64,000 bases of DNA from Hypanus sabinus (Eukaryota), in assembly GCF_030144855.1 (NCBI RefSeq), contig NC_082717.1:3906001-3970000 (forward strand), in the 5' to 3' direction. Positions 23,101-36,169 of the stretch are shown here, one piece after another. Positions within the stretch are counted from its first letter, which is position 1, and each line of letters opens with the position of its first letter. The notes under the pieces were generated by a model. It saw nothing but the letters and a program-made list of their open reading frames with translations. It had not been told where the DNA came from and did not search any database. The translations under genes were made by a program, and so were the position numbers.

Positions 23101-23142
23101 CAGCAAGAAGCACGCACATATTTAGTAAGCTGCTGCTGAAGA

Positions 23143-23148
23143 TTTATT
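23143..23148 (-). terminator. Candidate polyadenylation signal AATAAA just after the receptor stop codon
   Basis: The minus strand reads tgactaaaaATAAAtc, with AATAAA 5 nt after the TGA. Confidence 0.35.
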
Positions 23149-23153
23149 TTTAG

Positions 23154-23270
23154 TCACTGGGCGTGTTTGATGACGGCATAGTTGGTTGTTTCCTCGGTGA
23201 CTTGTATTTTTGGAGCTGTCTTCTGCTGTTGGAACTGAATATCAGCATAAAACATCTCTGATTGCTCGGA
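23154..23270 (-). CDS. Terminal coding exon with ITIM-like MFYADI and ITSM TNYAVI
   Basis: Acceptor gtgttcttctgttccAG, phase 0; encodes SEQSEMFYADIQFQQQKTAPKIQVTEETTNYAVIKHAQ then TGA. Confidence 0.85.
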   Translation of the reverse strand, partial: SEQSEMFYADIQFQQQKTAPKIQVTEETTNYAVIKHAQ

Positions 23271-23689
23271 CTGGAACAGAAGAACACAGGCATTTACAGT
23301 ACTGAAACAAACCACTCACCCCCTGGTTTATATCTGACCCATCCCACTGGACATTGCTACATTTGGCTACTAAAGACACGGTCTCTGTTGTAACCTCAGG
23401 GATCTTAGACACCAGAGATACTGACAATGCAATTAGTTTGAAGCAACACACACACAATCCTGGAGGAATTCAGTGGATCGGGCAGCATCTGTGGATGGGA
23501 ATGTTTTGGATCATGAACTCTTCATCAGGGCTGGGAAGGAAGAGGGCAGAAGCCAGAATTAAAAAGATAGAAGGGGGGGGGGGCAGAGGAATATATGATC
23601 CTATAATGATTCTGGGAATGAATGGGGTTAACATTTGAGGAGCATTTGGCAGCTTTGGGTCTGTCCTCACTGGAATTTAGAATGAGGAC

Positions 23690-25480
23690 AAGACGTGAGA
23701 GAATAGGACTAATCAAGTGCGACAGTGGAAAAGTGTGCATGGAACCGGAGGAGATAGATGCTTTGCTTCAGAATTCAGTATGGAGAAGGATCTTGGTGAT
23801 TGTAGGGATGACTCACAGCAGATTGAAAAGCTTGAGCATATAGACATTAAGAAAGAGGATGTGCTGGAGCTTTTGGAAAGCATCAAATTGGATAAGTCAC
23901 CAGGACCAGATGGGATGTACCTCAGGCTACTGTGGGAGGTGAGGGAGGAGATTGCTGAGCCTCTGCTGATGATCATTGCATTATCAATGAGGATGGGAGA
24001 GGTTCTGGAGGGTTGCAGGAATTGTTCCCTTATTAAAGAAAGGGAGTAGAGATAGCCCAGGAAATTATAGACCAGTGAGTCTTACTTCAGTGGTTGGTAA
24101 GTTGATGGAAAAGATCCTGAGAGGCAGGATTTATGAACATTTGGAGAGGTATAATATGATTAGGAATAGTCAGTGTGGCTTTGTCAAGGACAGATCGTGC
24201 CTCACAAGCCTGATTGAATTTTTTGAGGATGTGACTAAACACATTGATGAAGGAAGAACAGTAGATGTAGTGTATATGGATTTCAGCAAGGCATTTGATA
24301 AGGTACCCCATGCACGGCTTATTGAGAAAGTAAAGAGGCATGGGATCCAAGGGGACATTGCTTTGTTGATCCAGAATTGACTTGCTCACAGAAGGCAAAG
24401 AGTGGTTGTAGATGGGTCACATTCTGCATGGAGTTTGGTGACCAGTATTGTGTCTCAGGGATCTGTTCTGGGACACTTAAAGCTGCTGCGCAGGTTGACT
24501 CTGTGGTTAAGAAGGGATACAGTGTATTGACCTTCATCAACTATGGGACTGAGTTTAAGAACCAAGAGGTAATGTTCCAGTTGTATAGGACCCTGGTCAG
24601 ACCCCACTTGGAGTACTGTGCTCAGTTCTGGTTGCCTCACTACAGGTAGAATATGGAAACTATAGAAAGGGTGCAGAGGAGATTTACAAGGATGTTGTCT
24701 GGATTGGGGAGCAGCCTTATGAGAATAGGTTGAGTGAACTTGCCCTTTCTCCTTGGATGAGGAGGTGACCTGATAGAGGAGTACAAGATGAAGAAAGGCA
24801 TTGATCGTGTGGATAGTTGGGGGCTTTTCCCCAGGGCTGAAATTTCTAGCACAGGGGGACACAGCTTTAAGTTGCTTGGAAGTAGGTACAGAGGAGATGT
24901 CAGGGGTAAGTTTTTTTACGTAGAGTGGTGAGTGTGTGGAATGGGCTGCCGGTGATGGTGGTGGAGGTGGATACGAAAGGGTCTTTTAAGAGACTCCTGG
25001 AGAGGTAGATGGAGTTTATGAAAATAGAGGGCTACGGGTAATCCTAGGTAATTTCACGTTTGGCACAGCTTTGTAGACTGAAGTGCCTAAATTGTGCTGT
25101 AGTTTTCTATGTTTCTGTGAAACCTGCTGAATGTTGAAAGGACTAGATAGGGTGGACGTGGAGATGATGTTTCCTATGTTGGGGGTATCTAGAACTAGAG
25201 GGCGCAGCCTCAATATTGAGGGACAGCCCTACGGAATGGCGGTAAGGAAGAATTATTTTAGCCAGAGACTAGTGAATCTGTGGAATGCACTGCCACAGAC
25301 TGCGGTGGAGGCCAAAGTCCATGGTATATTTCAGGCAGAAGTTGATTGGTCAGGGCATTAAATGATATGGCAAGGAGGCAGGTGTATGGGGTTGAATGGG
25401 ATCTGGGATCAGCCATAACGGACTTGCAGAGTGGACTCGATGGGCTGAATGACCTAATCTTGCTCCTATGTCTTATTGTC
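23690..25480 (+). mobile_element. Cluster of CR1 ORF2 fragments
   Basis: DKSPGPDG, SLTSVVGKLME, MDFSKAFDKVPH and RPHLEYC. Confidence 0.85.
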
Positions 25481-26214
25481 TTATAGCTTGTTGTGAGCAG
25501 TTTGTCATTGATTCAAGAGTGTTTATTTGTATTTTCTGTGAATACCTGCAAGAAAATAAATCTCAGTGTTGGGACGTACATGTACTTGGATAATGAATAT
25601 ACTCTGAGAAGTGTGGAGGGGTGGATTAGTGGGTGGAAGCTTTACTGCTCGGGGAAAGTAACTGTTTTTGAGTCTCGTGGTCCTGGTGTGGATGCTACAT
25701 AGCCTTCTCCCTGACGGGTGTGGGACAAACAGTCCATGAGCAGAGTGGGAGGGATCCTTCATGATGTTCCTGGCCCTGTTGCAGCACCTCTCTGTATCTG
25801 TGTCCTTGATGGAGTGTATGGTGCTGGTGATGTGTTGGACAGTTTGGACTGCCTGTTGTAGATCTTTCCTGTCCACAGCAGTGCAGTTTCTGTACCGTGC
25901 AGTGATGCAGTTTGTTAGGATGCCCCCTACTGTACGTCTGTAGAATGACATGAGTATGGATGTGCAAAGTCCAGCTCTCTTCAGCCTCCTCAGAAAGTAG
26001 AGGTGAAATAGACGAGTAGAGGAGAGTAGAAATAGACTTATAACAGCGGGGCAGAAGGACCTGTTCCTACTGCTGATTCATATTAGTGACTAAATAAAAG
26101 GTTAAACAGGAAGTAATGGTGTTTATTGAACAGACTTTCAATACTTGATTTATTAGGAAGTAAAAGTGTTCATGGAAAACATTCGTCAATGTTATATTGA
26201 AGAAGTTTACTTAC

Positions 26215-26258
26215 CACAGTAACATTTGTGGCTGCCTGGTTATCCACCTCGGTTTCAG
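26215..26258 (-). CDS. Small cytoplasmic exon
   Basis: attttatttcAG...GTAAGT; 44 bp, phase 1/0; encodes AETEVDNQAATNVTV; phases match both neighbouring exons. Confidence 0.75.
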
Positions 26259-28124
26259 CTGAAATAAAATGAGAGTTTGTTTGAGTGCCACACACAATTG
26301 ATAATTGAACTGAAATCACATTGCGATGAATGGTCTTCTATTCACCCTATCAAGTGCAATCAGATAGAGGCAGCAAAGTGCAGAACATGCCACGTGAAGC
26401 ATTTCCCATCAGAGCCTCCACAGGGGCATGGCAAGCAAGACTCACACGTGACTCAAAGGACAGAATTGATTGTTTTTGTGTTATTCAGGCTGCATCAAGC
26501 CTTATTTGGGGAATGAAGGCCAAAAGTGTAAACCATAAGACAGAGGAACAGAATTAGGTTATTCAAGTCATCAGGTCGACTTCACCATTCCATCATGGCT
26601 GATTTATTATCCCTCTCAACCCTGTTCATCTGTCTTCTCTGATGCCATTACTAATCAAGAACACATTAACCTTCACTTTAAATATACCCAATGACTCGGC
26701 CTCCACAGCTAATGTGTCAGTGGCAATGAGTTCCACAGATTCATCCCCCTCTGCTGAAGGAATTCCTCCTCACGTCTGTTCTAAAGGGACTTCCTTCTAT
26801 TCTGAGACTGTACCCTTTGGGCCTGGACTCCCACCACAGTCAGAAACATCCCCTTCACATCCACTCTCTCTAGGCCTTTCAATATTTGATAGGTTTCAAT
26901 GAGATCCAACCTCATTCTTCTAAACCCCAGCAAGTACAAGCCCAGAGCTACCAAGTGCACCTCATACATTCTTCCCTTCACGTCTGAAATCACTCTCGTG
27001 ATTCTTCTTGTGGCTCTCTCCCATGCTAGCTTGTCAATTCATAGATAAAGGGCCAAACCCTGTTCACAATATTCCAAATGTGGTCTTACCAGTGAATACT
27101 AACATCGCATTTGACTTCCTCCCCGCCGACTTATCATGCAAGTTAGCCTTCGGGGAATCCTGCACGAGGACTCCCAAGTCCCTTGGCAATACTGATTTCT
27201 GAATTTTCTCCCCATTTACAAAATAGTATAAACCTTTATTCCTTCCACCAAAGTTCATGACCATACACTTCCCATCTGCTATTTCTTTGCCCTTTCTCCT
27301 GATCTGTCAAAGTCCTTCTGCAGAATCCCTGCTTTCTCAGTACTACCGACCCCTCCACTTCATATCATTAACAAGCTTGGTCAGAAAGCCATCAATCCCT
27401 TCATCCAGATTGTTGACAGAAAATGAGAAAAAAGTGGTCCGAACACCATCCCCTGCAGAACACCACTTGTCACTGGCAGCCAAATAGTTAAGGCCCCTTT
27501 TATTCTCACTCTGCCTCCAGCCAGTCAGCAATGCTCCATCCATGCCTGTATCTGTCATGTAAGACCATGGGCTCTTATCTTGTTTAGCTCGTGTGCAGCA
27601 TCTTGCAGGCTAATGATTCAATGCAAAGCTGCTTTCAGTTGGCTATTCTATAAACTTTTCAATTGGGAGTAAAGAATTAATCAAACTTCCTGTATGTTCT
27701 TTAGTTTACTCATGATCACAGGTGTGAATTCAACCAAGGTCAAGTGGATGAGAATTTGAAAGTCCTTGCTCATGTGTCCTTTTTGAATGGAGATGAGGAG
27801 ATATTTCTAAAGCCAGAGAATGGTGAATCTGTGGAATTTGTTCCTGAAGAAAGCTGTGGATGCCAAGTTTTTCCGTACATTTAAGACAGAGGTCAATAGA
27901 TTCTTGATTAGTCAGGCCACGTCTGCTCCTATATCTTGTGATCTTATGTTATTGGTCTTGGTAAATTTCTGCTATTAATTTTGCACTAATGGGAACCGAC
28001 TTTAGAAAATGAGCATGAATTGAGAATTTTTTAAAGCCAGCTCAAGGCTGATGATATCTCAGTCAGTGTCAGTGCCCGGTAGCAGGCTACCCTCTGATTT
28101 GATGCAGATGTTGAGTGCTTAATT

Positions 28125-29240
28125 TTGAATAGAGTACTGACATGGATTGAAAATTGGCTGGCAGACAGGAAACAAAGAGTAGTGATTAACAGGTCCCTTT
28201 CGGAATGGCAGGCTGTGACCAGTGGGGTACCGCAAGGTTCGGTGCTGGGACTGCAGCTGATTACAATATCCATTAATGATTTAGATGAAGGGATTAAAAA
28301 TAATATTAGCAAATTTGCTGATGACACAAAGCTGGGTAGCAGTGTGAAATGTCAGGAGGATGTTATGAGAATGCAGGGTGACTTGTACAGGCTAGGTGAG
28401 TGGGCGAATGTATGGCAGATGCAGTTTAATGTGGATAAATGTGAGGTTATCCACTTCGGTGGCGGGAACAGGAAGGCAGATTACTATCTAAATGGAGTCA
28501 AGTTAGGAAAAGGGGAAGTACAATGAGATCTAGGTGTTCTTTTAGATCAGTCAATGAAAGTAAGCATGCAGGTATAGCAGGCAGTGAAGAAAGCTAATGG
28601 CATGTTGGCCTTTATAACAAGAGGAATTGAGTATAGGAGTAAAGAGGTCCTTCTGCAGCTGTACAGGGCCCTGGTGAGACCCCACCTGGAGTATTGTCTG
28701 CAGTTTTGGTCTCCAAATTTGAGGAAGGACATTCTTGCTATTGAGGGAGTGCAGCGAAGGTTCACAAGGTTAATTCCCGGGATGGCGGGACTGTCATATG
28801 TTGAAGGATTGGAGCGACTGGGCTTGTATACACTGGAATTTAGAAGGATGAGAGGGGATCTGATTGAAACATATAAGATTATTAAGGGATTGGACACGCT
28901 GGAGGCAGGAAGCATGTTCCCGCTGATGGGTGAGTCCAGAACTAGAGGCCACAGTTTAAGAATAAGGGGTAGGCTATTTAGAACAGAGATGTGGAAAAAC
29001 TTTTTCACCCAGAGAGTGGTGGATATGTGGAATGCTCTGCCCCAGAAGGCAGTGGAGGCCAAGTATCTGGATGCTTTCAAGAGAGAGTTAGATAGAACTC
29101 TTATAGATAGTGGGATCAAGGGATATGGGGAGAGGGCAGGAACAGGGTACTGATTGTGTATGATCAGCCATGATCTCAGTGAATGGCGGTGCTGGCTAGA
29201 AGGGCTGAATGGCCTATCCCTACACCTACTGTCAATTGTC
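28125..29240 (+). mobile_element. 5'-truncated CR1
   Basis: RT C-terminal ORFs 28125-28526 and 28584-29153, followed by an attgtct-like tail. Confidence 0.9.
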
Positions 29241-29587
29241 TAATGAATTGTTTGGATACAGGATCTGATTGGAATTGAGACTTTAATAGAGCAGAGAGTT
29301 TTGCTTCATTTCAATCTCTTGGCAGGGTCTGCATGTTCAGGTGTCAATTATTTAGGCCAAAGTTATGATGAATTTCCTTTCATGTGCCTTGTGAATCTTT
29401 ATCCTTCTCTATCTCAGAGGATGAGGACAGTTTATTTGTCTGCATATATTGAAGAGAAGTGAAAAGGCAGGTCTGGAGTTACTGTTGAGGATGATGATTA
29501 CTCCCTTGTCCTGCATTGGGAATCATTGTTGAACATAACTATCATGTGAAGCAATTCCCTGTATGAGCACTGAAATGAACTTTTTAC

Positions 29588-29631
29588 CTGTAACTGTGGT
29601 ATACACTGTGTTCAGATCTTCAGAAGAGCAC
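29588..29631 (-). CDS. Cytoplasmic exon with ITSM-type motif TVYTTV
   Basis: tttccccAG...GTAAAA; 44 bp, phase 2/1; encodes CSSEDLNTVYTTVT in frame with the TM exon. Confidence 0.7.
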
Positions 29632-31885
29632 CTGGGGAAATGGTGAAGATAATGTTAGTGAATTAGTTATATCATAGATGTTAATGTCTTAAAAACAACA
29701 ACAATTTTATGAGAAGTTAAAGTAGTCAGATTATCTTTTCCGGTATAATGAAGTTTTGTGAAGGTAACAGTTGTCTGTTTCATATCGGTTTCAGTACTCC
29801 TGACGGAACTGGATTAATTTCATCCTCAATACACGACACAGTAGGATTGCCAGGATTAAGAAAGGAATGGACTAGATGATTTCAGTAACACAGGATACTG
29901 CAGATTCAGGAAATCCAAAGTAATACACGCAAAATGCTGGAGGAACTCAGGTCAGGTAGCATCTGTGAAGAGGAATGACCTGTTGACATTTCAGGCTGAG
30001 ACCTTTGATCAGGACTGGAAAAGAATGGGGAAGTCACTAGAATAAAAAGGTGAGGAGAGAGGATGGAGGACAAACTAGAAAGTGGTTTCCATCAACATGC
30101 ACAAAATGCTAGTGGAATGCAGCAGGCCAGGCAGTATTTATAGGGACAAGCACAGTCGAGGTTTCGGGCTGTGACCCTTTGGCCTGACGAAGATGCCACC
30201 TGGCCTGCTGTGTTCCACCAGCACTTTGTGTATGTTGTTTGAATTTCCAGCAGCTGCAGATTTTCAAGTGGTTTCATTGCCCAGTTCCACTTCTGCATGT
30301 GAAAATATCCAGGATCTGCTAATGTATAAAATTGGAGCTCACATTCTATTGTGAGCAGACATTCATCCTGTAGTAGAGATGAGGTATCAGCAGGTCAGCT
30401 CAGGTACCTGGTCAGCACAGAGGCTGATGTTAATACGGGTATATTGGATAGAGTCTTACTGTACAGAAACACCCTGTACAGACTGACCCATCTCTTCATC
30501 AATTCCATTTCCAGCCCTTCGTTGATGGCCCTGATAATTCAAAGACTCATTGAGATACTTCTCAATGGGAGCGTAATGCTTCACACAACACTTTACAGTA
30601 CCAGTGACCTCGGTTCCATTCCCGTCGTTGTCCGCAAGGACTTTGTACATTGTCCCCATGACAGTGTGAGTGTTCTCCAGGTGCTCCTGTATCCTTCCAC
30701 AGTCCAAAGACATTCTGGTTGGGAGGTTAATTGTTGACCGTCCTCGTGATTAGTGTGGAATTTAAATCAGGGGTTTGCTGGGCAGCACAGCTCGAAGGGC
30801 CGGAAGGGCCTATTCTGTTCCGTATCTCAATAGATAAATAAAATGTTGTGAGAGGCTCTTCCTCCACCACTCTCTCAGGCAGAGCATTCCAATCTCCAGC
30901 TACCCTCTGGGTGGAAAAGTTGATTTTATATCCCTCTGAGCTGTCTCAGCTGGAAAAGTTGACAGTTTATTCCTCACCATAGACGCTGCCTGACCTGAGT
31001 TCCTCCAGCATTTTGTGTCCCTTCTTTCTGTCACACAAAACATTGTCCGTCTCTCAGGTTACTCATCAACCTTCTCTGCTCAAGGGAAAACAAATCCAGA
31101 CTTTCCATTCTTACCCCACAACTGAGGCACTCCATCACTGGTAATATCCTAGTGAACCTTCTCCGCACTTTTTACATCAATGTCCCTGCATTCCTCAATA
31201 CTTGTTAGCATCCTGACATTCATTGCATATGCCCCACCCTTCTCCTGATGATCCAAAATGAAGCATTCAATTCCATCTACCATGGCACTGCCCAGACGGC
31301 CTGCTGATCAACATTCCTTATCTTCCACACTGCCAAATTTGAGTCAAGTGCTAATTCCAGCAGTTTCTGTTCAGCAGAAGATGGCAAAGGTCAAGCAGCA
31401 TTGATAATGATGGGACTGAGACACACGTGGGGATATTGGAGAAAAGGAGCGAAACAGCCTGACTGACTGGCTTTAGGGAGTGGTGATCCTCACTGGGACA
31501 CACTGACTTTTACTCCTTTTCACCTTGTAGCTAAATAAACAAAATGAACAAAAACGTCCTTAAATCAGACATGCCTGTATTAATTATTCATTCTCAGAGA
31601 CCTTGTGAAGGGAGTTCACTGTCACCTTCAATTGCTACAGTCTGTCCAGTGAACAATTTATTTCATGTGAGGTGATCTGGGGTTCAAAGTCATCGACAAT
31701 GAAGGAATGACATTGTATCTCCAAGTGAGGGTTGTGTTGGCCCTCTGCTGGCATTCCACGTGCTCGATGTCCTTCTGGGTGACAGAGGTCGGGGCTTTAC
31801 ACAAGAGCTTTCAAAGGAAGTGATGAAGGGATCAGCAGTGGAAAGAGTGAGCAGCTTTACGTTCCTCGGTGTCAGCATCTCAGAA

Positions 31886-32090
31886 GGTGGCAGCATGGTA
31901 GTGTAGTGGTTAGCACAACGCTTTACAGTATCAGTGACCCAGGTTCAATTCCCACTGCTGACTGTACGGAGTTCACACATTCAACACCGTGATGGCGTGG
32001 GCTTCCTCTGGATGCTCCCGATTCCTCACACAGCCCGAAGACGTACCGGTTGGTAGGTTAATTGATGATAGTAAATTATCCCATGACTAG
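31886..32090 (+). mobile_element. tRNA-derived SINE (a related copy lies at about 30580-30830)
   Basis: A-box-like TAGTGTAGTGG and B-box-like GGTTCAATTCCC, followed by a core-like body. Confidence 0.7.
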
Positions 32091-32094
32091 GTCC

Positions 32095-32940
32095 CACACA
32101 GCTTAGTTAGGAAGGTTCAATCGTTAGGTATTAATATTGAAGTAGCAAAATGGATTTAACAGTGGCTGGGTGGGAGATGCCAGAGAGTAGTTGTGGATAA
32201 CTGTTTGTCAGGTTGGAGGCCGGTGACCAGTGGTGTGCCTCAGGGATCTGTACTGGGTCCAATGTGGTTTGTCATATACATTAATGATCTGGATGATGGG
32301 GTGGTAAATTGGATTTGTAAGTATGTAGGTGATACTAAAGTAGGTGGCATTGTGGATAATGAAGTAGGTTTTCAAAGCTTGCAGAGAGATTTAGGCCAGT
32401 TAGAAGGGTGGGCTGAAAGATGGCAGATGGAGTTTAATGCTGAGGTACTACGTTTTGGTAGGACTAATCACTAGAGAGAGTACAGAGGAGATTTACTAGA
32501 ATGTTACCTGGGTTTCAGCACCTAAGTTACAGAGAAAGTTTGAACAAGTTAGGTCTTTATTCTTTGGAGCGTAGAAGGTTGAGGGGGAACTTGATAGAGG
32601 TATTTAAAATTATGAGGGGGATAGATAGAATTGACGTGGATAGGCTTTTTCCATTGAGAGTAGGGGAGATTCAAACAAGAGGACATGAGTTGAGAGTTAA
32701 GGGGCAAAAGTTTAGGGGTAACACGAGGGGGAACTTCCTTACTCAGAGTGGTAGCTGTGTGGAACGAGCTTCCAGTAGAAGTGGTTGAGGCAGATTCGAT
32801 ATTGTCATTAAAAAAAAAATTGGATAGGTATATGGACTGGAAAGGAATGGGCTGAATGCAGGTCGGAGGGACTAGGTGAGAGTAAGCATTTGGCATAGAC
32901 TAGAAGGGCTGTTTCTGTGCTGTAATTGTTATATGGTTAT
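32095..32940 (+). mobile_element. CR1 3' fragment with internal deletion
   Basis: GVPQGSVLGP and LGLYSLERRRLRG; same family as 51271-54105. Confidence 0.85.
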
Positions 32941-33303
32941 AGGCTAAAATTAAATTGGGGAATAACAGGGCAGCACAGTTTAGTACCAGAAGGGCCAACT
33001 ACTCACTGATCTCAATAAATAAATAAAAGATCTATCTGGAGTGCAACACATTGATTCAGTCATGAAGAGGATATTCCATCAGTTCAGAGAAAATAGGAGT
33101 CTGAGGAGATTTGGAATGTCACCAAAAGCTCTTGCAAATTTCTACAGATGGACGGTGGAGAGCATTGTGACTCGTACAACAGACTGATAGAGAGGCTCCA
33201 ACACACACATTGTAAGAGGGTTGTAGACTCAGCCAGCTGGGGAACAGAACCGTCCCCGTCATCGAGGACTATTAAAGAGGCAGGGCCTCAAGAAGGTGGC
33301 ATC

Positions 33304-33533
33304 ATCATTCAGGACCCTCACCATCCAGACATCCCCCAGCTTGTGAAATCCATCATTCAGGACCCTCACCATCCAGACATCCCCCTTGTGAAATCCATCA
33401 TTCAGGACCCTCACCATCCAGACATCCCCCGGCTTGTGAAATCCATCATTCAGGACCCTCACCATCCAGACATCCCCCGGCTTGTGAAATCCATCATTCA
33501 GGACCCTCACCATCCAGACATCCCCCGGCTTGT
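33304..33533 (+). repeat. 48-bp minisatellite, about 5 copies (one 45 bp), within a LINE fragment
   Basis: Unit ATCATTCAGGACCCTCACCATCCAGACATCCCCCGGCTTGTGAAATCC. Confidence 0.92.
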
Positions 33534-33666
33534 TACCACCGTCAGAAAAATCAGAATCAGGTGTAATGTCACTGGCATGTTTCATGAAATTTCTTGTCTT
33601 TTGGCAGCAGTACATTGCAATACATAATAACAATAAACTGTAAATTACAGATATATATACATACAC

Positions 33667-33705
33667 TGTGTGTGTGTGTGTGTGCGTGCGCGCGTGTGTG
33701 TGTGT
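33667..33705. repeat. (TG)n/(CG)n microsatellite
   Basis: tgtgtg...gcgtgcgcgcgtgtgtg. Confidence 0.9.
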
Positions 33706-34436
33706 AATATATATAACTGTTTGATAAAGTTGAAAATTAGGAAATATACATTTTATAATCTTATGCTGGTGTATGATGTGTCATTTCTGGGCTACCGATA
33801 ACTGTGTGTGGATCGAATTTACAAGCATTTGCTCAAATCGAGGCTTCCTTGATCAGAATTTCTCAACATCCCTCTTTGATTGAACCCCAAATCAAACCCA
33901 CCCTCGCCGCGTATTGGCTTTGAAAGATGGCCATCTCATCACTGAGTCATGTGGCTGTTAGCAGAGTCAGCTAACGGGATAAGTTGGTGTATGAGGCCTG
34001 GTGAGAGGCTTGCATATATAAAATTTTAAGTTAAATAAGTAGTGCAAAAAGAGAAGCTAAAAAGTAGTGAGGTGGTGTTCATGTGTTCACTGTCCATTCA
34101 GAAATCTGATGGTGGAGGAGAAGAAGCTGTTCCTGAAACGTTGAGTCTGTCTTCGGGCTCTTGTACCACGGCCTGTAATGAGCTCTTCAGGCCTGTGTGG
34201 GGCGCTGGAGAGCACTGGGCTTTGAGGTTTCCCAAGCACCTGAATTAGTTCGTTGTTGTTCAGCAAGATTTTTTAATAATTTAGAGTTCCTTGTATTTTT
34301 CTTCAGCGATTCGCTCTTTGTAATGCGGTCTCTTAGTGCTTTTTGTTTAAGCTTGCTAAGTTCATTTTGATAGGCTCAGGGATTTATAAGAACATAAGAA
34401 AGAGGAGATAAACATACAAAATAAAATGTTATTTAC

Positions 34437-34581
34437 CCTTCTGGCTTCAATCTCTGTTGAAAACATGCCCATTTTTTCACATAGCATATTACTGTTATTA
34501 AGATGCAAAATAAGAGGACGAGTACGAGGATACTGGTGAGAATACTGGCCAAGACTTTCGAAGACCCACCTTCATCGGCTT
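34437..34581 (-). CDS. Transmembrane exon of the V-domain receptor
   Basis: Acceptor ctttgctatttttcAG, phase 1 in. Translation ADEGGSSKVLASILTSILVLVLLFCILITVICYVKKWACFQQRLKPEG has an uncharged hydrophobic run followed by KK. Donor GTAAAT, phase 2. Confidence 0.85.
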
Positions 34582-35370
34582 CTGAAAAATAGCAAAGATT
34601 GATGTACAGTTTAACACCGGTAATGTGAATTGTCCTTTGAATGACAGGTTTAATATGTGAACATTGGAGGCTGATAGTTCTCCCTTAAACGCCTCATTTA
34701 CAGTCAGTAAGGGAGGAGAGCACCGTGCTGAAGGATGGACTTACTGTGCTGCTATTGTGGGAAGGAACGAAACATCAAGATGATCAATAATAATATCTTA
34801 TTTAAAGAACAACTTACATCCAAACAATGTGGACAATGGGATAAGGAACAAGCATGAAAATAAAAAATATATAATTATGAAAATAGATGAGAAGCATGGT
34901 TAAATAAATGGGTTTTGTTCAGTGTTTAAAAATGTCAACTGAGTCTGCATCCACTCCAGTTTAGGCTTTGAATTCCACAGTTATGAGCATAGTTCGAGAA
35001 AGGTGATCTGCCAGTTATCTTTATATTTAAGAGGCCAACGGAAGAAGACCAGAGAACTCGATCAGGATTATAAAACAAAAATGACTCTGTGATGTACTCC
35101 GGCCCCAGACTATTAAGAGTTTTACAAACAAATAAGAGAACTTTAAAACCAAGTTTTAAACATCCAGGAAGCCAGTGCAGAGTAGCTAGCTTGGCAGTGA
35201 TACGTTCTCCCAGTGGCAGTGTTCTGAATGAGCTGAAGTTTGAACATTAATAACTCTGGCTAGTTTCTGTAATGACCCCCTCCATCTGCAACATTAGTTT
35301 ATTGCTCTCATTTTAATTAAGCATGCAGGTTGTGAAACTCCAAGGGCAGTGACGCTAATGTTTGCCTCAC

Positions 35371-35397
35371 CAATGAATTCCCCGGTGGCCTCCAGCA
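35371..35397 (-). CDS. Candidate 27-nt stalk exon between V3 and TM
   Basis: Pyrimidine-rich ...ggtcAG|TGCTGGAGGCCACCGGGGAATTCATTG|GTGAGG; phase 1/1; would add MLEATGEFI in frame. Confidence 0.35.
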
Positions 35398-36169
35398 CTG
35401 ACCAGTACAGAGTGGGATAAAAACAGAAGACGTTGGAAAAACTCAGTCACTCAGGCAGCCTCAATGGAAAGGAAAATGGTCAATATTTTCAAATTTCACA
35501 AGATTGAATAAGTTAGCACTTTATTCCTTGGAACATAGAAGATTAAGAGAAGATTTGATAGAGGTATGCAACATTATCAGGGATTTCAATAGGGTAAATG
35601 GAAGCAGGCCTTTTCTACTGAGGTTCAGTGGGACTACAACCAGAGGTCATGGGTTAAGAATGAAAGGTGAAAGTTCAAGGGAAACCTCTTCACTCAGAGG
35701 ATTGTGAGAGTGTGGAAGGAGCTACCAGCACAAGTGGTGAATGTGATCTCTATTTCAATTTTTAAGAGAAGATTGGATAGGTCCATGGAGAGCTATCGTC
35801 CTGGTGCTGGTCGATGGGAGTAGGAAGTTTAAATGATTCTGGAAGGACTAGACAGCCCAAAGGGCTTGTTTCTGTGCTGTACTTTTCTATGACTCTTAGA
35901 CTTTATTTCTGGTTGAAGATTCCTCATCAGAACTGGAAAGAAGACAGAGAAATGTCTGAACAGCAGGAAGGACTGGGTCAAATAGAATGTCTGTAATCGA
36001 GTGAAATGACAGCCATTAATGGATAGGTGATTTCCCACCTTTTCCACCCATCACCTGCAAATTTCTTACTTCATTGACCCTCCCACTACCCCCCGCCCCC
36101 CAACACCTGGCTTCATCTAGCACCTAAGTACACTGTAGATGCCGTGGTCAAATCAACACGTACAAAAGC

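Noticed and set aside
31886-31960. tRNA gene
   Set aside because: It has only A/B-box-like motifs, continues into a SINE body, and shows no cloverleaf acceptor stem.
34745-34751. 7-nt (or 4-nt) micro-exon tag|CAGCACA|GTAAGT before the TM exon
   Set aside because: The splice signals are good, but it breaks the frame unless preceded by a phase-0 exon, which I could not find.
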